Positions 56,091 to 64,000 of a DNA stretch of 64,000 nt are shown here, in pieces (position 1 is the first letter of the stretch; each line of letters begins with the position of its first letter). The notes under the pieces were generated by a model. It made no database searches, was not told the DNA's origin, and saw only the letters and a program-made list of their open reading frames with translations. This stretch comes from an uncultured Planctomycetota bacterium (GTDB taxonomy: Bacteria; Planctomycetota; Planctomycetia; Gemmatales; Gemmataceae). Both the position numbers and the translations under genes were made by a program. The stretch is taken from positions 480,001 to 544,000 of the forward strand of contig CAWKHF010000001.1 in assembly GCA_963849325.1 (NCBI GenBank), written 5' to 3'.

Positions 56091-56399
56091 CTACACCTGC
56101 ATCCGCATGATTTCCTGATAGGCGTCGCTGAGCCGATTGCGGATCTCCAGCACGAGATGGAAGCTCAGGTCCGCCTTGGCCATCGACAGCATCACGTTAT
56201 GCACGTTGTCGGCCTTTCCGGCGGCGAGGTTGTGTACCGCCTGTTCCGCATGGGCCTGCTGCGCGCCGGCATCGCCGAGGAAATTCGTGAGCAAGCGAGC
56301 GAAGCCGCCCGCGCCCGAACCCGGCACCGGCGCGGTCCCGCCACGCATACTTGCGGCCGCGCCGCTCGACGCGGCGGAGGATACGGGAGATAGGTTCAT
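56091..56399 (-). CDS. fliE: Hook-basal body protein FliE
   Basis: EIRNRLSDAYQEIMRMQV. Confidence 0.93.
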   Translation of the reverse strand: MNLSPVSSAASSGAAASMRGGTAPVPGSGAGGFARLLTNFLGDAGAQQAHAEQAVHNLAAGKADNVHNVMLSMAKADLSFHLVLEIRNRLSDAYQEIMRMQV

Positions 56400-56435
56400 G
56401 TCTTCATCCTCGCATGATTAGGTCCAACCACCGGG

Positions 56436-56895
56436 TCATCCGCCCTGGCCGCGCAGCAGGCTGTACGACTGCTCGGTCATCTGGCGGAAGAATTGCATGG
56501 CCCGCAGGTTGGCCTCGTAGGCCCGGCTGGCCGTAATCATGTTCACCATCTCGACGGGCAGATCGACGTTGGGCATGCTCACGTAGCCGTCCTTGTCGGC
56601 GTCGGGATGGCCGGGGTTGATGGACGCGGTGAAAGTCGGACATGTCGTCGGCGATGCCCGTGACCTGCACGCCGCCCACAGGGGCGGCGGCGGCGCCGCG
56701 GCCCGCGCCGCGACGCACGCTCTGGTTGAGCACCGCCGAAAAGACCACATCCTGGCGCCGATACGGCCCGCCGTTGGCCGAGCGCGTCGAAAAGGCGTTG
56801 GCGATGTTGTTGGCCACCACTTCCAGACGCAGCCGCTCGGCGGCCAGGCCCGACGAGCTGATGTCCGCCGCGGCGAACAGAGGGTTTCCGTGCAT
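56436..56895 (-). CDS. flgC: Proximal rod protein FlgC (indel)
   Basis: [43 protein letters not shown]. Confidence 0.93.
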
Positions 56896-56922
56896 GAAAC
56901 ATCTCCTGCGAGCGCCAGAGGT

Positions 56923-57281
56923 TCAGTGCCCCGTGATGGCGCTGCGCATCATGTTGATGCGGCTGGTCAGCATTTGCGCGGCCATGCTGAAGGCAGCGAA
57001 TTCTTGTTCAGATTGCCCAGCTCTCGATCGAGGTCCACCGTGTTGCCGTCCTGCCGGGCCACGCCGCCCTGGGCCTCGACCACGCGCGGCGCGACCTGCA
57101 ACGCGCCCTTCTCTCCCTGTTTGCCCAAGGCCCGCGCGAAAGCGTCCTCGAAGGACACTTCCCGCTGGTGGTAGCCGGGCGTGTTGACGTTGGCGAGGTT
57201 CTGCGAAATGACGCGATGGCGCAGCTGGGCCACGTCCATCAGGCGGGCCAGCAGGTCGGATTGAGGGATGGTGAGACTCAT
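56923..57281 (-). CDS. flgB: Proximal rod protein FlgB (indel)
   Basis: [27 protein letters not shown]. Confidence 0.9.
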
Positions 57282-57288
57282 GCCGGTT

Positions 57289-57419
57289 GTATCGGTCGTA
57301 GCCGCCGCCGACCTTGAACCGTTCCGTCGTCGCATCCTCCGCGAGCGACCGGCTGCTCTCGGGCGGAATGAGGCGAGTGCGCGAAAGCCGTCAAGTGCGC
57401 GGACGCCCGGCGTCGATAA
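57289..57419. promoter_or_regulatory. Divergent sigma28-like promoters for flgB (-) and motA (+)
   Basis: Minus: TCAAG-N16-ACCGATAC (57289-57317); plus: TCAAG-N16-GTCGATAA (57391-57419). Confidence 0.65.
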
Positions 57420-57457
57420 GAAGGCGCTGTGTCCTCGGCTATCGACAAGGAGCGTCC

Positions 57458-58235
57458 ATGGACACCGGAACCATCGCTCGGCGCCTTGCTGGGCTTCGCG
57501 TTCATCGCCACGGCCATCCTCATGCACGGCAAGCTGTCCGACTTCGTGGACGTGCCCGGCGCCCTCGTCGCCTTCGGCGGTTCGTTCTCGGCGCTGTTCA
57601 TTTTCTTCCCCGCCAAGAAAGTGCTCGGCGTCTTCGGCGTGGTCAAGAACTGCGTCCTGCACAAGCTGCCCGACCCGCGCGCCGAGATTCGCCGCCTGAC
57701 CGACCTGGCCACGGTGGCGCGGCGCGACGGCTTGCTGGCCCTGGAAAAACGCTTGCCGGAAGTCACCGACCCCTTCCTCATCCGCGGCCTGGAGATGGTC
57801 ATCGACGGCACGTCGCGGGAGAAGGTCGAAGAGGTGCTGCAAATCGAGTTGCAGTACATCGAGGAGCGGCACGCCGTCGGCAAGAAGATGTTCGACCAGC
57901 TCGGCGCCTCGCTGCCGGCCTTCGGCATGGTCGGCACGCTCATCGGCCTGATCCAGATGCTGCACGAGCTGGACGATCCCAGCAAGATCGGGGCCGGCAT
58001 GGCCGTGGCGATGGTCACGACCTTCTATGGGGCCTTCGTGGCCAACATGATCTTTCTGCCGCTGGCCGGCAAGCTGGAGAACCGCAGCAAGGAGGAAGCC
58101 CTGCTCCGCGAGCTGATGATCCAGGGTCTGGTGGCCCTGATCGAGGGCGAAGCGCCGCGGTCGATGGAAGCCAAGCTCAAGGCCTTCCTGGCGCCCAAGG
58201 CGCGGAAGATCGAGGTCGAGACCGAGGCCGCGTAA
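57458..58235 (+). CDS. motA: Flagellar stator A subunit (early indel)
   Basis: ARRDGLLALE, PAFGMVGTLIGLIQML, VAMVTTFYG. Confidence 0.93.
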
Positions 58236-58250
58236 CCCAGAGGCGCTACC

Positions 58251-59018
58251 ATGTCCACGCATCCGCACGCCGAAGCGGAGGCCGGATCGCCGCCGGACCA
58301 CCACGAAAAGCACGAGGCCGAGCACGTTGGCGGCCATCACGGCGGACGGGGCCAACACAAAAAAGGCCACGGCGATCACGGCGGCCACGGCGGAGGCGGG
58401 CACGGCGGCAGCTGGATCGTCACCTACAGCGACATGATCACGCTGCTGATGGCCTTCTTCATCTGCATCATCACCTTTGCCTCGAAAGAAACCGAGAAAT
58501 TCGATCCCAAAAAGGACTCGCTCATCGGCAACGCGGGCGGCTCCGGCATCGCCAGCACCGCTTCCAAGGGCACGTTGGAGCAGGACTCGGCCGTGTGGCG
58601 CCTTCGCATCCGCCAGGCGCGAGCCAGCGAATCCGGGGCGGAAATGGCGCCGCTGTACCAGAACCCCTCGCTGCAAACGACCGCCCACATCCTGCAAGCC
58701 CTGGACGAGGCCGAAGCAGGGCGGATGCGCGACGACTTCGCCGTCCGTCTGCCGCGCAGCCTGCTGTTCGAGAAAGACGATCGGCTGTCGTCCTCCGGCG
58801 TGCGTCTGCTGCATGCCTTGGCCGTCAACCTGCGCGATCTGCCCTACGATCTGCAATTCCAGGTCGGCCGCGACGACCACGTCGGGCAAGCGGTCAAGCT
58901 GTGCGGTTTCCTGGCGTCGCAGGAAGGGTATGAGCCGGCCCGGCTGGCCGTCGGCGGCCGGCCGCCGCGGGCCGGCGACGGCGATACCATCTGGCTCGTC
59001 CTGGTCCGGCAATTCTGA
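58251..59018 (+). CDS. motB: MotB-like protein 1 with His/Gly-rich N-terminus
   Basis: WIVTYSDMITLLMAFF; degenerate OmpA-like C-terminus. Confidence 0.8.
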   Translation: MSTHPHAEAEAGSPPDHHEKHEAEHVGGHHGGRGQHKKGHGDHGGHGGGGHGGSWIVTYSDMITLLMAFFICIITFASKETEKFDPKKDSLIGNAGGSGIASTASKGTLEQDSAVWRLRIRQARASESGAEMAPLYQNPSLQTTAHILQALDEAEAGRMRDDFAVRLPRSLLFEKDDRLSSSGVRLLHALAVNLRDLPYDLQFQVGRDDHVGQAVKLCGFLASQEGYEPARLAVGGRPPRAGDGDTIWLVLVRQF

Positions 59019-59029
59019 AGGGCGTCTCC

Positions 59030-59738
59030 ATGAAACGCAAGCGAGCCGGCGGACACATCAACACCGAAGGTTGGATGATGTCCTACGCGGACATGGCCAC
59101 CATCCTGCTGGCCATGTTCATCGTCCTGAGCACGCTGGGCAAGGACCAGACCGGCATCAGCCTGGCCAACGGCACCGGCTCGTTCGTCAACGCCATGAGT
59201 TCCTTCGGCCTGGCCGGCCTGTTCCGCACTTCCGCCCGGCCCATCCCCATGAACAACCCAACGCCCCATTATCTCTATCATCCTCCGCCGACGAGGACAG
59301 CGGCCCGACGCGACCGCCGCCGCGTCATCGACGGCGAGGAGGAGCACCTGCAGCGCTTCTTGCGCGAACTCCAGCGTCAGTTTCCGGTCGAGCGTCCGTC
59401 GCGGCAGGTCGGCCAGGTGATCGATCGACCTGTACGAGCCGCTGCACAAGGAAGCACCCTACCTGGCGCCGCGCCACCTCGACGTACTCGATCAGGTGCG
59501 GCCGCTGCTGGAACGATCGAGCTTTCGCCTGTACCTGGTGGTGTGGACGCCGACGCCGAGTCCGTCGGCATGGACGCGCACCGCCGTCCTGGCTCGCCTG
59601 GTCGCCGCCGAGTTCGCCGCCAACTCGCACCTGCGGCCAGCCGCTGGCGAACGTCTCATCCCGCTCGCCCAGCCCTGGCGCTACCGCGACATCCGCCGGC
59701 CGGTCCTGTCGCTGGTCGTCGTCAAGACGGAGGAATAG
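59030..59738 (+). CDS. MotB-like protein 2 (indel)
   Basis: WMMSYADMATILLAMFIV; divergent C-terminus. Confidence 0.72.
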
Positions 59739-59935
59739 CCGCACCTGTTCTCGTTTCGCCGCGACGCGCAGCGGAGCGCGGGATGCTCCCGCGCTCCGCT
59801 GCGCGTCGCGGCTAATCGGGCAAGTCGGGGCGCAAAATTCCTCTCTCGACCCAACATCTTTTGACGAACCGGCTCTTATGAGCCAGATTATGAACAGCAA
59901 TGGTGCTCTCCGAGGCATTATCGAGATAACAAGCA

Positions 59936-61959
59936 ATGTCGATCCGGATGGCCGCAGCCCTCAAGGACGACGCCGCGATCGCCTCGAACGGGCGCGTGGC
60001 CGACCGCGATTCGCGGGAGGCGCTGCTGGCCCGCATCGCCGACCATCCCCACTTGCCCAGTCCGCCGGGCGTCGTCTTGCAGGTCCTGGAACGGGCCAGC
60101 CGCCTGGACAGCACGCCGGCCGACCTGGCCGCGGTCATTCACCGCGATCCCGCCCTGTGCGGCCAAATCCTCAAGGTCGTCAACTCGGCGCTGTACACCC
60201 TGCCGCGACCGACCACGTCCATCGAGCGGGCGGTGGCCCTGCTCGGCTTCAAGCCGGTTCGTTCGTTGGTGCTCAGCCTATCTCTGCCGGCCATGCAGCG
60301 GCAAACGTCCGGCCCACTGCCGCTGGAGACGTTCTGGAAGGAGTCGGTGGCCGGCGCCATCGTCGCTCACGAGCTGGCCCTGCACCTGGGCCGAACCAAT
60401 CCCGAAGATGATCTGGTGGCCGGTCTGCTGCGCGACCTCGGCACCCTGGCCTTGCAGCAAGTACGCCCCGCCGATTACGCCCGGCTGCTGGCCCATCCGT
60501 TCGAGGAGCGGAGCCTCCGTCCGTGCCAGCTGGAGGAGCAGCTGCTGGGGTTGAATCACGCCGAGGTCAGCGCCTTCCTGCTGCGCCGCTGGCGGCTGCC
60601 GGAGGACATCATCGAATCCGTCCGCTACCACCATGCTCCCGAGCAGGCGGCCGGACTGCCGCGGCCGGTGGTCGAGCGTGCTCGGCTGCTGGCCTTCGCC
60701 AGCCGGGTGGCCCTGCTGCAACTGGCCGCCGCCGGCGCCGAGTTGCTGCGCGAAATTCTCGCTCAGGCTCGGGAAGATTACGGCATGGACGAGGCCGCCT
60801 TGACGGCCTTCCTCGAACCGCTGGCCGAGAAAATCCAGGAGTTCGCCGCCGTCATGGACATCGACATCGGCGCCTGCGATCATTATCCCCGCGTCCTCGC
60901 TCGCGCCGCCGAGGAGCTGGTCAAGCTGACCGTCGAAACCAGCGTGGACAAGCTGCGCATCCTCGAACAGAAGCGACAGGCCGAAGAACAGACGCAACAC
61001 TGGCGCGAACAGGCCGATCGCCTGCGTCACGAGGTGGTGCGCGACAGCCTGACCGATGCCTTCAACCGCGGCTGCTTCGAGGAAGAACTAACGCTGGCCT
61101 TCCGGCGGGCCCGGCGGCGCGGCACCGTCCTGGGCCTGGTCTTTCTCGACCTCGACGACTTCAAGAGCATCAACGACCGCTTCGGCCATCCCTTCGGTGA
61201 TCGTGTCCTCAAGCGAGACGGCCGACAATCTGTTCGCCGCCGTGCGCCACGGCGACATCGTGGCCCGCTACGGCGGCGACGAATTTTGCGTCCTGGTGCA
61301 AAACACCTCGCCGGATGGACTGCGGGCCATGACCGAGCGGCTGTGGCAGGATCTCAACGCACCGGACCATCCGCGGCGACGGCCACACCGTCTCCGTCCG
61401 TGCCTCGATCGGCGCCGGCCGTGTGCTTGCCGCGCACCTACCCGCACTCGGCGGCGGAGTTCCTGGCCAGCCGTGGACCAGGCCATGTACGCCGCCAAGA
61501 CCACGGGAAAAAATCAGGTCGCGCTTCATCTCGCTGCTCGGATGAGGCGGACCTTTGCTTTCTCGGCGCGGTGCGAGCGCCGGCTGTTCAGCGTCTGGCT
61601 GGCCGAGCGCGGCGTCGGGCAAGCCGCAGGACGTGGGCATCGGCGTGCGCCGCGCCGGTTCGTGCTTCGAGGGACTGGGCCGACTGGCCCGCCGTCTCGG
61701 CTGGTTGACGACGGCCCAGCTGCGCGATCTGCTGCGCGAACGGCGGGCGACGCGGCGACGCTTCGGCGACGTCGCCCTCGCCCGAGGGTCCTTGACCGCC
61801 GAGCACCTGCACGTCTTGTTGGCCTTGCAGCTGGAGCCGCCCGAGGAGATCGCCGCGAACCTGGTCAATCAAGGGATCGCGGGAGAACCGGCGATGCGGG
61901 ACAATCTGCGCAAGTATTATCAATGGTTGCGGACTACACTCGACCAGCCGCAAGCGTAA
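59936..61959 (+). CDS. HDOD-GGDEF diguanylate cyclase with C-terminal MshEN-like motif (indels)
   Basis: LPSPP...DPALCGQILKVVNSA; DSLTDAFNR, DLDDFKSINDRFGH, RHGDIVARYGGDEF; LGRLARRLGWLT...RFGDVALARG...LLALQ. Confidence 0.85.
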
Positions 61960-61960
61960 G

Positions 61961-62028
61961 GGGCGAACGGCCGGCGTAAGCCGGCTGGTGCTGGTCCGCA
62001 CCAGCCGGCTTACGCCGGCCGTTCGCCC
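61961..62028. repeat. Long palindromic REP-like element
   Basis: GGGCGAACGGCCGGCGTAAGCCGGCTGGTGC-loop-GCACCAGCCGGCTTACGCCGGCCGTTCGCCC. Confidence 0.8.
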
Positions 62029-62051
62029 TCCCCGCAAATTCCGAGTAATCC

Positions 62052-62080
62052 TCAAGGCCCGCCGGCCCACGAGCCGATGT
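62052..62080 (+). promoter_or_regulatory. Sigma28-like promoter upstream of fliL
   Basis: TCAAG-N16-GCCGATGT. Confidence 0.62.
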
Positions 62081-62135
62081 TGAGTCGGGTGTCCTCACGA
62101 CCGCCGAGTCGCGAGACGCCGGAGAAGTGTTCGTC

Positions 62136-62637
62136 ATGGCGAAAGAAACCAACCCGGCACCACCGACCAAGGGCGGCGGCAAAAAAACGCTGCTGCTGCT
62201 CGGGGCGTGCGGCCTGCTGGCGCTGGCCGCCGGCGTGGCCGTGCCCTTCTTCCTGCTGCACGAGTCGGCCAAGGGCGGCCACGCCAAGGACGACGGCGGT
62301 CACGATCAGGCCGCCAAGCACGCCTACGTCCCCTTCGGCGATGTCATCGTCAATCTCAATGAAGATCGTCTTGACTCGCTATTTGAAGGTCAAGCTCCTG
62401 CTGGTGGTCGCCGCCCGCGACGAGAAGTCGATGACCGAGCTGATCGGAAAGAAGAAGCCGGCGCTGAAGAACTGGCTGATCGGTCATTTGTCGGACAAGT
62501 CGCTGCAAGAGGTCAGCGGGGCCTCGGGCGTCAACAAGCTGCGCCGCGAAATTTGGCACGAGTTTAACAAGGAACTCTTCCCCGACGGCTCGGAGAAGGT
62601 CCTGGACATCTTCTTTGAAGAATTCGTGGTGCAATGA
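62136..62637 (+). CDS. fliL: FliL (indel)
   Basis: N-terminal TM, VIVNL, RYLKVKL, VLDIFFEEFVVQ. Confidence 0.88.
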
Positions 62638-63507
62638 CGCTCAAGCCCTACAACTTCCGCAAACCGGATCGTCCCGCCGGGACGCTGGAACACCGGCTGA
62701 CGGCCTGGCTGCGGGCGGCCGGGCCGCTGGCCGCGGAGAGGGGAGCGCAGCACCTGCCTTTCCGAATCGAAATGGCGCTGCGCGGCGTCGAGAGCGTGGC
62801 GCCGTCCGAGGCGCTGGGGCGTTTGCCCGACGCCGCCGTTGGCTATCGCGTCGCCTTCGCCGGCGAAGCGCCGAGCATGTTGTTCGTCCTGGCCGCGGCC
62901 GTTGGCCCTGGCCCTGGTCAACGGCGCCCTGGGCGAGACGCCCACCGAGCTGCCGGCCGACCGCACCTGACCGTCGTCGAGCAATCGCTGTGCGAATACC
63001 TGATGCAAAACCTGTTGGCCGCCGTCCTGCAGAGACGTGGACCGGGACGGCGCCGCTGGCGCTGACCGTGAGCGAACGCGAGCCGTCGCCGCGCTGGACA
63101 AGGCTGTTCGTCAAGGCGGAGCAGGTCGTGCAATGCACCTTTAGCCTGCGCGGCCCGTTCGGCGAGCAGGATTGGTGCTGGCTGGCCCCCTACCAGGCGC
63201 TGCACGAGCGCGTCAACCGCGCCGACGCCGTCGTCCAGGGACAGGCCGAGCAGGACATGCCGCGCAAGCTGGAATCGCTGGTCCGCGAATTGCCGGTCGA
63301 GGTGATGGTGGAGCTGGGCATGGTCGAGTTGCCGATCGCGCAGCTGGCGGCCTGGCGCCAGGGGACTTGCTCCTGCTTAACCAGCGCGTCGGCGAGCCGC
63401 TGACGGCGCGCGTGGATGGGCGTCCGAAGTTCCGCGGTTGGCCCGGCCGGGTCGGCTCGCGGCAATCCTGCAGATCGAATCCGCCCGCGAGTGAGGGGAC
63501 ACAATGA
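62634..63507 (+). CDS. fliM: FliM (indels)
   Basis: KPYNFRKPDR, LTVVEQSL, C-terminal SpoA-like VELGMVELPI...KFRGWPG. Confidence 0.8.
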
Positions 63508-63911
63508 CCGAGAGCGAAAGCCGTGTCGCGCAAGCGGCCAGCGTCGTCCACCCCTCCGCCGCCTTCAAGGGCGCGGAGCCTACCGCTCGCCCGGCCCGTT
63601 CCGACGTGGTGGCGCGCGTCGCCGATTTCGCGGAGTTGACCGCGCCCGCGACGCCGGGTACGCCCGCGCCGCTGGACCGCCTTCTCGACGTCACCGTCAC
63701 CGTCACCGCCGAGCTGGGCCGCGTCACGCTGCCGATCAGCGAGGTCCTCAATCTCAACGTCCATTCGGTCCTGGAGCTGAATCGTTCGGTGTCCGAACCC
63801 GTGGATCTGATGGTCCAGGGCGTGCTGCTGGCGCGCGGCGAGGTCGTCGTCGTCGACGATTGCTTCGCCGTCCGCATCAAGGAGATCGCGGAGCCGAAAA
63901 AACGCGGTTGA
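63504..63911 (+). CDS. fliN: FliN
   Basis: LLDVTVTVTAELGR, VLELNR, ARGEVVVVDDCFAVRI. Confidence 0.93.
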   Translation: MTESESRVAQAASVVHPSAAFKGAEPTARPARSDVVARVADFAELTAPATPGTPAPLDRLLDVTVTVTAELGRVTLPISEVLNLNVHSVLELNRSVSEPVDLMVQGVLLARGEVVVVDDCFAVRIKEIAEPKKRG

Positions 63912-64000
63912 TCGTACGTCCCATCGTCCCCGCCAAGTTGGTTTAGCCGCGACGCGCAGCGGAGCGCGACCTGCGCTCCGCTGCGCGTCGCGGCTAAACG

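Noticed and set aside
43613-57281. Non-flagellar type III secretion system
   Set aside because: flgB, flgC, fliE, fliG, motAB, fliL and fliA identify it as flagellar

Overview
High-GC bacterial DNA, most likely a Planctomycete (Gemmataceae-like, judged from LExLEERxxPA export N-termini, many large palindromic REP-like repeats and gene content). Frequent single-base indels look like long-read errors. Left to right: (1) 1-~6780, the right part of an integrated phage/satellite-like element: a ParB/Srx-HTH gene missed by the ORF track, zinc-ribbon, tape-measure-like, HTH/TerS-like, excisionase and tyrosine integrase genes, plus operator-like palindromes and a probable antisense sRNA. (2) A Phd/VapC toxin-antitoxin pair. 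(3) An ExbB/TolQ-like, degenerate Hsp70-FHA and ExbD-like-TM/coiled-coil/vWA operon, divergent from an OmpR/kinase pair and an ECF sigma. (4) A 15-kb tandem array of five secreted proteins built from shuffled modules: shared leaders, Pro-Thr stalks and a shared uncharacterised C-terminal domain. (5) PIG-L deacetylase, asparaginase, a PaeR7I/XhoI-type R-M pair and a lipid kinase. (6) A compact CCA-less array of seven tRNAs. (7) RND efflux genes and an M50 protease. (8) A 20-kb flagellar cluster with four equally spaced sigma28-like promoters, two MotB paralogues and an HDOD-GGDEF-MshEN-like protein. All calls are by-eye motif recognition; no searches were run.
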